The notes under the pieces were generated by a model, which searched no databases, was not told the DNA's origin, and saw only the letters and a list, made by a program, of their open reading frames with translations. Positions 7,358 through 15,334 of a DNA stretch of 27,479 nucleotides are shown here, one piece after another. Position 1 is the stretch's first letter, and each line of letters begins with the position of its first letter. Origin of the DNA: a virus; the UHGV virus genome UHGV-0150478, one strand, 5' to 3'. The position numbers were made by a program, and so were the translations under genes.

Positions 7358-7612
7358 CTACTTTAACTTTTCGGTCATATGCTGCTGTCTGTCGTGGGTT
7401 CTTATGCCCGGAAATTGCTTGCTTCTCTTCCAGGCTGCCTTAGGCGTAATCAGTTCTGGTGGGGGGAATGCCGATTTCTCCCGCGTGACCTTAATGTTTT
7501 CTGGCAGGTGTAGCCCAAGTTCGCAGCGGCTCCGTGCTTCAATAATGCCATTGGTACCATCGGCAAGTACCAGGTGAACCGCGTCACCACGCTTTAATGT
7601 GAGTTTAAGCAT
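7358..7612 (-). CDS. Hypothetical small protein (84 aa); weak CsrA-like N-terminus
   Basis: N-terminus MLKLTLKRGDAVHLVL...KVTREK loosely resembles the CsrA pattern; start codon overlaps stop of upstream ORF by 1 nt (TAATG). Confidence 0.35.
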   Translation of the reverse strand: MLKLTLKRGDAVHLVLADGTNGIIEARSRCELGLHLPENIKVTREKSAFPPPELITPKAAWKRSKQFPGIRTHDRQQHMTEKLK

Positions 7613-7968
7613 TAGCGTACCCTCAGCGAACGTTCGCCGCGTTCCAGATGTGCGCCTGGTACCGGGTTAAGTAATTCGGCAGGTGGTGTTTCTCCACGCG
7701 CCATTATTTCTGCGGCAACCGCCTCCGCAGATTCAATCACTTCTTTAATGGCTCGCTTGTTTGGTGTAATAACCGTTTCTACTTCAACAAGTGACACGCC
7801 TTCATACTCGTCCGGGATCTTATCTTTGCTATCGATAATTACCCGGATAGCCCCCTGTGCATCAGTAAATGTGTTTTTAGCAGTTTTCAATTTACGATGA
7901 ATATTCTTTATCGCCTTTGGCTTCTGCTGCTTTTCGGTGTACATCCACTTCGCGGGCGATGAGGCCAA
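7612..7968 (-). CDS. Hypothetical protein (start uncertain)
   Basis: ORF overlaps the upstream ORF 7892..8341 by 77 nt in another frame; true start may be downstream, or the two ORFs may be one frameshifted gene. Confidence 0.3.
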   Translation of the reverse strand: MASSPAKWMYTEKQQKPKAIKNIHRKLKTAKNTFTDAQGAIRVIIDSKDKIPDEYEGVSLVEVETVITPNKRAIKEVIESAEAVAAEIMARGETPPAELLNPVPGAHLERGERSLRVR

Positions 7969-8341
7969 ATACCTTGTTTACTTCGTTGGTGGTTACCGCG
8001 GCGGCCAGCGTATTGGCAACGTTGATCAGCTTCTCATCCAGTTCCTTACGAAGACGGGTAGCATCTTCCGCATTCTCGCTGGCATTCTTGATATCAAACT
8101 CAGCTTTATTCCTCTGGCGGTATTCCGGATTGTCGTACAGGCCCATGAAAATATCGGCGCTGAATCCGAGAGGGGATAGCGCTTTCTTAACAGCATCCGT
8201 CCAGGATTTCTTCGGCGCTTCGCCGTCGCTTGTTGGTCCATGTCTAGTATCGTAGATGTACGGAGTGCAACCGTAAGCCGCAGACTCGCCGCGCACCCCA
8301 TTCAATATGTACCAGACTCTCACTTTCATGGTGTGGTGCAT
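7892..8341 (-). CDS. Putative single-strand annealing recombinase remnant (Erf/Bet-like motif), possibly 5'-truncated
   Basis: Segment KKALSPLGFSADIFMGLYDNPEY resembles the conserved motif I recall in phage SSAPs (Bet ARLAFGFAGIYDKDE; Erf ARKYCLNGLFGIDD). N-terminal 20 aa look non-protein-like and abut a likely deletion junction. Confidence 0.3.
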   Translation of the reverse strand: MHHTMKVRVWYILNGVRGESAAYGCTPYIYDTRHGPTSDGEAPKKSWTDAVKKALSPLGFSADIFMGLYDNPEYRQRNKAEFDIKNASENAEDATRLRKELDEKLINVANTLAAAVTTNEVNKVFGLIAREVDVHRKAAEAKGDKEYSS

Positions 8342-8783
8342 TTCACATAGGTACAGCGTGGCTGAGATTCAGTTAGTAATTCGTTGGGTTATTGCGACAT
8401 GGCGCCGTCGTAGCGGAAGCGTTCCGAAACCTGCGAACATTTGCCGCGTAAACCGGTTTGACGGATACCTGGCTGACGCTGAGACGTGGGCCACTGCTGA
8501 GGCTGCCGTTGACCCTGCTGAAGTTGTGAAGGGCTACAACGAGATTCTGGGCGACCTGCTACCTATAGCTGAAATTGATACTGACCGCCGTCGGGCAATC
8601 CTGCGCCTGCTGGCACATATGCGCACGCAAACTCTTGGCGCATTTATCGGCTACTTCGAAAAATTCCGCGATAACGCCCCAGACTTCTATTTCGGCGGCG
8701 AATATCGCACCGGCTGGCGGGCAGGGTTTGATTACCTGATGAAGCCAGAAACACTGCGTAAAACCAGGGAAGGGGCATTATGA
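8307..8783 (+). CDS. Replication initiator (lambda O-like) C-terminal region; probably 5'-truncated
   Basis: Stop overlaps the start of the DnaB-like helicase gene (ATGA), the position of O-type initiators; first ~50 codons (W/C/R-rich) look like non-coding sequence read in frame. Confidence 0.4.
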   Translation: MYQTLTFMVWCISHRYSVAEIQLVIRWVIATWRRRSGSVPKPANICRVNRFDGYLADAETWATAEAAVDPAEVVKGYNEILGDLLPIAEIDTDRRRAILRLLAHMRTQTLGAFIGYFEKFRDNAPDFYFGGEYRTGWRAGFDYLMKPETLRKTREGAL

Positions 8784-10171
8784 ATCCAGAAGAACTGGAA
8801 GCGATCGTTCTCGCTGGTCTGATTAACGGTGGCGCGACGCCTGACGCGTTTGATGTGATTGCCACTACTCCGGAGGAAGCCTTCAGCATCGTGTTTCACC
8901 GTCGCGCTTTCAGCGAAATCAAAAAGCAGGCACTGGCGAACGGCATGATCGACATGTTGTTTATCAGCGAAGCGCTGGGCGGTTCCAGCCTTGCGGATCT
9001 GTCTCAAATATCCCGGATCCCGGCAACGGTACCGAATCTGAAAGGCTATGCCGGGAAAATGGTGCGGGCATGGCGGAGCCGCAAAATGGCGGCATTGTTG
9101 CAATCTGGCGCGGATGGTATCCGTAACGCTGTAAACCAGAGTCAGCGTGATGAGGTTATTGAATCTCATGTTGCTCAGGTGCTGGATATGAGCGCCGCTA
9201 CCGGCACAGTCCAGCCGGTACACATCAAAGAGCTGTTACCGCTCTACATTGACACCGTTGATAAACGGATGTCTGGCGACGCGCAGGAAATGATGCTGAA
9301 AACCGGAGTCGAGGATCTGGATGTCGCCCTGGGCGGTATCAACATGACCGACCTTGTTGTGGTTGCCGGTCGTCCAGGCATGGGGAAAACGGAATTTACC
9401 CTGAAGATTATCGATGGCGTTACCGCAGATGGCGGCGGCGCACTGTTTTTCAGCATGGAAATGGGCGCTCAGCAGATTGTTGAACGTACCGTTGCCGGGG
9501 CTGGGAATATGTCCACGTCGCGTCTGCGTAATCCAAAAGAAATGGACGATGAGGATTTGACCAGATTAACCGCCGCGCTTGCAATCATGCAGGATCGCGA
9601 TATCTGGATTGTTGATGCCACTGATTTGACGATTGAGCAGATCCGCGCCATTGCAGAGACTCATAAACGCCGTTATCCGCACCTGAAGTTGATTGGTGTT
9701 GATTACATGGGCCTGATCAAAAAACCGAAGGCCGAGCGCCACGATCTCGCTGTCGGGCATATCTCCCGCAACATGAAGACTATGGCCATGCGTCTGCATA
9801 CCCCTGTTTTTGCTCTTAGCCAGCTTTCCCGCCAGGTGGATTCTCGACCTGCTGGCCAGCGTCGCCCGGTGATGTCGGACCTGCGCGATTCCGGCAGTGT
9901 TGAGCAGGACGCTGACAGCATTTTGTTTTTGTACCGCGATGAAGTTTACACACCTGATTCACCTGCAAAGGGTATCGCCGAGGTGATTATCGGTAAAAAC
10001 CGTTCTGGCGGGGCAGGTGAAATTATTTATCAGGAATTCCGGAATGGGCATTTCCTGCCAGTTGATCAACACGTAGCACGCGAAAAATTACGCATCCAGA
10101 AGGAGGCAGAGCAACCGAGAAAACGTGAAAAACGGTATTCAAACAAAAACTTTAATACGGACCCATTTTAA
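8780..10171 (+). CDS. Replicative DNA helicase, DnaB family (phage P/gene-12-like)
   Basis: 463 aa; Walker A GRPGMGKTEF, DnaB-type motifs DADSILFLYRDEVY and IIGKNRSGGAGEI; N-terminal DnaB-like domain. Confidence 0.9.
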   Translation: MNPEELEAIVLAGLINGGATPDAFDVIATTPEEAFSIVFHRRAFSEIKKQALANGMIDMLFISEALGGSSLADLSQISRIPATVPNLKGYAGKMVRAWRSRKMAALLQSGADGIRNAVNQSQRDEVIESHVAQVLDMSAATGTVQPVHIKELLPLYIDTVDKRMSGDAQEMMLKTGVEDLDVALGGINMTDLVVVAGRPGMGKTEFTLKIIDGVTADGGGALFFSMEMGAQQIVERTVAGAGNMSTSRLRNPKEMDDEDLTRLTAALAIMQDRDIWIVDATDLTIEQIRAIAETHKRRYPHLKLIGVDYMGLIKKPKAERHDLAVGHISRNMKTMAMRLHTPVFALSQLSRQVDSRPAGQRRPVMSDLRDSGSVEQDADSILFLYRDEVYTPDSPAKGIAEVIIGKNRSGGAGEIIYQEFRNGHFLPVDQHVAREKLRIQKEAEQPRKREKRYSNKNFNTDPF

Positions 10172-10209
10172 CCACGCATGACCAGCGTGAAATAACCGAG
10201 GAAAGACCA

Positions 10210-10620
10210 ATGACCACCATTTCAGGCAAATTAGAGTACCCGTCGGACAAAGGACACATAGACGACGGTAAAAACTATCTCGACGTCATTTTGTGGAATA
10301 TGAACGCCGGGCCACGTGCGCGCACTCGTGCGGTTTTTGTACCAAGACCCAAAGCAGGCAATTTTTCAACACCAGCTCAGCCTGCCCGTCAGGCATCCGT
10401 AGCCGCAGCGCCAGCAGTGAAATGTAAGGGTAAAACGCACATCGGGATCGCGATTCGCAGAAATGGTGAGCGGCAAGTGAAACTCCACGAAACAGCGACA
10501 ACCTGGTGTGCCTCACCGCATGAAACTTACGACAAGATAACCGGACAGCGCATTGGCGCGCCCGGTCGCTGTCGCCTGCTGCTGAGTTCCATCACTCCGA
10601 TAGCAAAGAAAGGGACGTGA
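10210..10620 (+). CDS. Hypothetical protein (136 aa)
   Basis: ORF tightly followed by the next gene (2-nt gap); Arg/Pro-rich middle section lowers confidence. Confidence 0.35.
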   Translation: MTTISGKLEYPSDKGHIDDGKNYLDVILWNMNAGPRARTRAVFVPRPKAGNFSTPAQPARQASVAAAPAVKCKGKTHIGIAIRRNGERQVKLHETATTWCASPHETYDKITGQRIGAPGRCRLLLSSITPIAKKGT

Positions 10621-10621
10621 T

Positions 10622-10858
10622 ATGGCAGGGCAATCAGATTACCTGCCGCCCGGCTTACCACACAACCGCGCCAAATGGCCTCAGGAATACCTGCTTAAAG
10701 AGCACTACGACATGCGAGCGGCGACGCTGATCCGCCAACTCTTTGAGAAACGTATTCCGAGGGGAAGCGTGATTGAGCAAATCGGAATGACGCCGGATAC
10801 GTACCGGGAATTTTTCAGAGAGCGTCTGAACTACTGGAGAGGGGGGATGGAGCAATGA
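10622..10858 (+). CDS. Hypothetical protein (78 aa)
   Basis: ORF with ATGA overlap to the downstream gene. Confidence 0.45.
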   Translation: MAGQSDYLPPGLPHNRAKWPQEYLLKEHYDMRAATLIRQLFEKRIPRGSVIEQIGMTPDTYREFFRERLNYWRGGMEQ

Positions 10859-11166
10859 AATACAAACGGTGGGTGCGTGCGGAAGTCGTAATCATCAAAC
10901 AATGTGCGGGCAGCATGATAGTTGAACGTATAGGGCAGCTTATTGGAAGAACCGGTGCTGCGGTACGCACAAAAGCGCGCGAGTTGAAAATCTGTATGTA
11001 TCTGCGGGGTAATTATCACCAGTCAGTGAAATACCGCCAGGAGGATATCGAGCTGGCAAGGGAATTACATCAGTCGGGTATTAATCGCCAGGATATCGCG
11101 GAAAAACTCGAAATGTCGATCGGTGCGGTGAATCAGTATGTTTATTTTGAGCGGAGGATTTCATGA
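10855..11166 (+). CDS. Putative DNA-binding protein with two HTH-like segments (candidate regulator)
   Basis: Segments MIVERIGQLIGRTGAAVRTKAREL and GINRQDIAEKLEMSIGAVNQYV both look like helix-turn-helix units (sigma-70 region 4 / LuxR-like). Confidence 0.4.
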   Translation: MKYKRWVRAEVVIIKQCAGSMIVERIGQLIGRTGAAVRTKARELKICMYLRGNYHQSVKYRQEDIELARELHQSGINRQDIAEKLEMSIGAVNQYVYFERRIS

Positions 11167-11387
11167 AAGAACTTTTTCTGGCATTTGTGCCCCGGTTTAT
11201 TAATGACCAGATCGCACTGACTGATAATGGTGAACAATATGAAATTGCCTGCAGCATGGTGGATGTGAATCCTGGCGAACGGTATGACGCGATGTGTGAC
11301 CTGAAAATATTTACCTGGCTGGGTTGGGCTATTCCGTGTGGAGAACCAACCAATATTCGCCCATTTGAGAGCAGGGAGGCTGTATGA
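11163..11387 (+). CDS. Hypothetical protein (74 aa)
   Basis: ORF with ATGA overlap to the upstream gene. Confidence 0.4.
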   Translation: MKELFLAFVPRFINDQIALTDNGEQYEIACSMVDVNPGERYDAMCDLKIFTWLGWAIPCGEPTNIRPFESREAV

Positions 11388-11742
11388 GTGAGTTGAAAAT
11401 ACGTCGCAAGGCAATAGCACACGTTAAAAATCCATTACCAGTGCCCGCCGAATGCCATTTTTGTGGTGGGAATGTACGGATTGGTACGTATGTATGGTGA
11501 TTGCGGAGTGACGTAAAACGAATCGTTGTGGGTGTAATATCGTCAATATCATTGGTTTCCCGGAGGGAAAGGACATGTTTGGCGATAAACTGGAGTTACC
11601 ACGGAACGGGCGGATAGTGCTCTATATTTCAGATTACAAAGTAACCAGGGCTGAGGTGTTGGAACCGGAAAAACATCTGGTCACGTTACCGGACATTATT
11701 GAGTTGTATAAGCGGGTCGGATAACGGCTGGGGAGGTAACTG

Positions 11743-13050
11743 ATGCCGTGGAACAATTTTCCGCACCTCGCCGCCAGGGCGTTCAATCAACCGCTTTTGC
11801 TGGAGCCCACCTACGCGCGGGTATTTTTTTCGGCGCTGAGCGACCGGTTCGGTACCGGGCGACTGATTGATACAGCGTCTGGAGAGGTAATGAACAGCGA
11901 CGAAATGAACGCGCTCGCGATGGGGTGGGACAGCAGCGAGCGAACACGCCAGAAATCGTATCGCGTGGAGCGTGGTATAGCCGTTCTGCCGGTTACCGGG
12001 ACGCTGGTTCATAAATTGGGTTATATCAACCCAGTTAGCGGGATGAGCGGTTACGACGGAATCGCAAAACGCCTGCAGCAGGCGATTTCTGATCCCGATG
12101 TAAGAGGGGTCCTGCTTGATATTGACTCCCCTGGCGGTGAAGTCGCCGGCGCGTTTGATACTGCTGATTTAATCGCCCGGGCGCGAGAGCAAAAACCTGT
12201 GTGGGCGCTGGCCAGCGATACGGCCTGCAGCGCTGCCTATTTGCTGGCGTCAGCGTGTTCGCGCCGGCTGATAACGCAGACAGGCACAGTTGGTTCAATC
12301 GGTGTCCTGATGGCTCACCGCTGCGTCGAAAAAGCGCTGGAGATTGCTGGCGTCGACGTGACGCTGATTTACGCCGGCGCGCACAAAGTTGACGGGAACC
12401 CGTATTCCCAGCTGCCAGGCGACGTTCGCGACGAATTCCAGCTGAGTATTAACAGCACGCGCGAGCAGTTCGCGCAAAAAGTCTCGGATTATACCGGGCT
12501 GAAAAAATCCAGGGTGCTGGCCACGGAAGCTGCAGTATTTATCGGCGCGGACGCGATTAAATCTGGTCTCGCTGATCAACTCGTTAATTACGCGGACGCT
12601 ATCGCAGTGATGGCCGACGCACTGAAACCAAAAATGGAGCGCTTTATGTCTGGTACAGAAACCACGGCGGAGACCACGACCACAGAACAAACCGCGACCA
12701 CGACTACTGTCGCGCAGGTTGAGTTTAACACGGAGCAGATTCGCGCGGACGCCGCATCAAGCGAACTGGCGCGTGTGATGGCCATCATCAATTGTCCCGA
12801 AGCTGTTGGGCGCGAGGCGCAGGCAAAAGCGCTCGCTGGCGTCCCCGGGATGACGGTCGGGCAGGCGCAGGTAGTCCTCGCTGCAGCACCTAAAACGGCG
12901 CAGGCGCGGACAGAAACGGCGCTCGATACACTAATGAGCACTGAATCACCAGCGACTATTCAGGATGCTGGCAGTACTACGGCAACAGGAACAACCGCAA
13001 ACGTCTCGATGCTGGTTGCTGCAGGGCGTTCAATTTTAGGGGATGAATAA
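11743..13050 (+). CDS. Prohead protease / scaffold, S49 (SppA/ClpP-like) family, lambda gpC-like
   Basis: 435 aa; peptidase core with serine motif TACSAAYLLASA and GSIGVLMAH; Thr/Ala-rich C-terminal region consistent with a fused scaffold (Nu3-like) domain. Confidence 0.8.
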   Translation: MPWNNFPHLAARAFNQPLLLEPTYARVFFSALSDRFGTGRLIDTASGEVMNSDEMNALAMGWDSSERTRQKSYRVERGIAVLPVTGTLVHKLGYINPVSGMSGYDGIAKRLQQAISDPDVRGVLLDIDSPGGEVAGAFDTADLIARAREQKPVWALASDTACSAAYLLASACSRRLITQTGTVGSIGVLMAHRCVEKALEIAGVDVTLIYAGAHKVDGNPYSQLPGDVRDEFQLSINSTREQFAQKVSDYTGLKKSRVLATEAAVFIGADAIKSGLADQLVNYADAIAVMADALKPKMERFMSGTETTAETTTTEQTATTTTVAQVEFNTEQIRADAASSELARVMAIINCPEAVGREAQAKALAGVPGMTVGQAQVVLAAAPKTAQARTETALDTLMSTESPATIQDAGSTTATGTTANVSMLVAAGRSILGDE

Positions 13051-13379
13051 TGACTACAGAAACGTATAGCCCGGACGATTTTATTCTTGGGCCTGACCTT
13101 GTTGTCACGACCGTCGGTCATTTTCAGGGCGGGATCAACGTACCCCGGCTGACACCGATTATGCTCAACGCTACTGTCGGGACGTTTAAGGTTTGGGACG
13201 GCTCAGTCGGTAAAGCTATTGGCCTCACTGCCACCGCAGTTAATACTGGCTCCAGTTCTGCAGACTGCTCGTACTATAAATCAGGCTCGTTCCGTTACAC
13301 GGCGATTAACTGGGGTACGGTTACCGACGTAGCTAAACGCAAATCAGCATTTGTGGGTACGCCGATCAGCGTCGGCTGA
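13050..13379 (+). CDS. Head decoration protein (lambda gpD-like)
   Basis: 109 aa, Gly/Thr-rich, between protease and major capsid gene as in lambda; ATGA overlap with the protease gene. Confidence 0.65.
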   Translation: MTTETYSPDDFILGPDLVVTTVGHFQGGINVPRLTPIMLNATVGTFKVWDGSVGKAIGLTATAVNTGSSSADCSYYKSGSFRYTAINWGTVTDVAKRKSAFVGTPISVG

Positions 13380-13397
13380 TAGCAAAAAACTCAAAAC

Positions 13398-13421
13398 AAG
13401 CCGCCTCCGGGCGGTTTTTTT
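13398..13421 (+). terminator. Intrinsic terminator/attenuator between decoration and major capsid genes
   Basis: Stem CCGCC/GGCGG (13401-13414) with TCCG loop, flanked by A-run and followed by T7. Confidence 0.45.
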
Positions 13422-13437
13422 ATAACAGGATATATAA

Positions 13438-14472
13438 ATGAGCGATTCGTTTACTACGTCAGAACTGATTACCGCGACACAGCAGGTATTTAAGTTCAAT
13501 CCGTTGTTTTTAAAGCTGTTTTTCCGTGAGACCTACACGTTTACGAGCGAAGAGGTTTTTCTGGATAAAATCCCGGGAAAAGTGAACATGGCCGTGTACT
13601 GCGCGCCGATGATCACCGGCAAAGTTGACCGCACTCGCGGCTATTCAACGAACCATTTCAAACCGGGTTACACGAAACCCAAGCACACGATCAATCCGAA
13701 TATGAGCATCAAGCGCGCAGCCGGTGAGCAGATTGGCCAGCCGGAAACGCCGGTCGAACGTCGTGCAAAAATCATCATGCAGAACCTGCTTGATGAGGAA
13801 CTGAGCATCAGCCAGCTCGAAGAGTTCCAGGCGGTACAGGCTGTTCTGTACGGTAAATACACTGTTTCCGGCAGCAATATCGAGACATATGAGATCGACA
13901 TGAGCCGCAGCGCGACGAATAACGTCACTCAGTCCGGTTCGACAGCCTGGTCGACTCAGGACGCGGAAACGTATGACCCGAGCGACGATATTGAATCCTA
14001 CGCGGACCTCGCCTCCGGTGCGGTTAACGTGATCATCATGGATGGTAAAGCCTGGAAGCAGTTGAAGCGTTTTAAAAAATTCTGGACGGCACTGGATACG
14101 CGCCGTGGCTCAAACAGCCAGCTCGAGGTCGCGCTGAAAAACCTGGGCGACGTTGTCAGCTTTAAAGGCTACTACGGCGACACTGCGCTGTTTGTCTACA
14201 AAGGGCAATACCTCGACCCGGTAACAGATACTGAAACGCGTTATATGCCGGATAACACGATGATCCTTGGCAACACAAAAAACCGCGGGCTCCGCACTTA
14301 TGGCGCAATTCAGGACGAAGACGCGCTGAAAGAGGGTATTTCCGAAGCGACGCGCTATCCAAAAGTCTGGACCACTACCGGTGATCCGGCAGTGACGCAA
14401 ACAATGACGCAATCCGCGCCAGCAATGGTCCTCACGGACGCCGACGCGTTCGTTGTCGTAAAAATCGCGTAA
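13438..14472 (+). CDS. Major capsid protein (lambda gpE-like)
   Basis: 344 aa; size, position after the gpD-like gene and overall sequence character match the lambda E family. Confidence 0.8.
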   Translation: MSDSFTTSELITATQQVFKFNPLFLKLFFRETYTFTSEEVFLDKIPGKVNMAVYCAPMITGKVDRTRGYSTNHFKPGYTKPKHTINPNMSIKRAAGEQIGQPETPVERRAKIIMQNLLDEELSISQLEEFQAVQAVLYGKYTVSGSNIETYEIDMSRSATNNVTQSGSTAWSTQDAETYDPSDDIESYADLASGAVNVIIMDGKAWKQLKRFKKFWTALDTRRGSNSQLEVALKNLGDVVSFKGYYGDTALFVYKGQYLDPVTDTETRYMPDNTMILGNTKNRGLRTYGAIQDEDALKEGISEATRYPKVWTTTGDPAVTQTMTQSAPAMVLTDADAFVVVKIA

Positions 14473-14474
14473 GA

Positions 14475-14496
14475 GTCGAAAGGCTCTTTTTTGTTA
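14475..14496 (+). terminator. Intrinsic terminator after major capsid gene
   Basis: Stem AGAGTC/GGCTCT (one G-U pair) with GAAA tetraloop, followed by T6. Confidence 0.45.
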
Positions 14497-14506
14497 AGGA
14501 ATCAAC

Positions 14507-14926
14507 ATGAGCACAAAAACAGAATTGCTGGCGCGTATTGACGATATGAGCGCTCAGCTCGGTCGCGAATTACCGCGCAGCGGGACTATTGCGGAACTGG
14601 AATCAATCGTTGCCGGCGCTGAGTCAGAGCTCGATATTCTGAACGAGCAATCCGGTGACGCGGGAGGCATCGAGATTACAGTGAATACTGCGTCCGGGAC
14701 CGATAATGAACTCGCTCAATCAATCGCGAGCGCTATCGTTTCACAGTCACAAGAGCAGGAGCTCGCACCGGCTACGCGCCGCGTCAAGTTGCGTAACACG
14801 CTGGACGTTTATCACTACGTGAACGGGCGTCGCGTTCGCGAGATTGTTGCCGCAGGCCGTGAAATTGTTGTTGATTCACCGGAGGTCGCAGACCTTATCG
14901 CAGCTGATCACGTTTACGCTCTATGA
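14507..14926 (+). CDS. DNA-packaging protein FI-like
   Basis: N-terminus MSTKTELLARIDDMSAQLGRELPRSGTIAELESIVAGAESEL parallels recalled lambda gpFI N-terminus (MTKDELIARLRSLGEQLNRDVSLTGTKEELALRVAELKEEL). Confidence 0.55.
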   Translation: MSTKTELLARIDDMSAQLGRELPRSGTIAELESIVAGAESELDILNEQSGDAGGIEITVNTASGTDNELAQSIASAIVSQSQEQELAPATRRVKLRNTLDVYHYVNGRRVREIVAAGREIVVDSPEVADLIAADHVYAL

Positions 14927-15303
14927 GCTACTACGATGACCTCCGGGCCGGCGACGAGGAGATGATCCGTGAGTGGGGACGGCCCGTTAAATTACGCGGT
15001 AAAACCGACCCCATTATCGCTATTTTCAACGAGCCTTACGCGCGCGTTGACGTTCCTCACGCTGGTTTTATTACCGGTACAGTAACGAGCCTGACGGCGT
15101 TCTCGGACGACGTCGCTGGCGTTGTTGCGCGTGACGTCGTCCAGGTTCCAAAGCAGCGCAGCATCGAACCTGACGGCTCTGTTACCTGGTCTGGCTGGAC
15201 CGATTACGTGGTTAAAGAGCCTCAACCTGATGGCACAGGGCTCACGAATATTTTTTTAGAGCCTCACACGTCCAGCGAAAACAGCGAGTATTCAAAATAC
15301 TAA
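14923..15303 (+). CDS. Head-tail joining protein (FII-like)
   Basis: 126 aa; positional equivalent of lambda FII directly after the FI-like gene (ATGA overlap). Confidence 0.45.
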   Translation: MSYYDDLRAGDEEMIREWGRPVKLRGKTDPIIAIFNEPYARVDVPHAGFITGTVTSLTAFSDDVAGVVARDVVQVPKQRSIEPDGSVTWSGWTDYVVKEPQPDGTGLTNIFLEPHTSSENSEYSKY

Positions 15304-15334
15304 GTGGGACCTCGGTCCCACTTAAGGGGGAACC

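Noticed and set aside
7239-7577. 112-aa plus-strand ORF
   Set aside because: It starts inside the terminator hairpin, overlaps the minus-strand gene 7358-7612, and has a junk-like translation.
11385-11501. 38-codon peptide with CHFCGG as a possible Ogr/Delta-type zinc-finger late activator
   Set aside because: Only two Cys in frame; the four-Cys spacing I recall for Ogr-family proteins is not present, so it stays an unassigned small ORF.
12295-12941. Minus-strand ORFs of 131 and 117 aa inside the protease gene
   Set aside because: Antisense to a well-supported S49 protease/scaffold gene; the Ala/Ser/Val-rich translation is an artefact of the GC-rich, Thr/Ala-coding sense strand.
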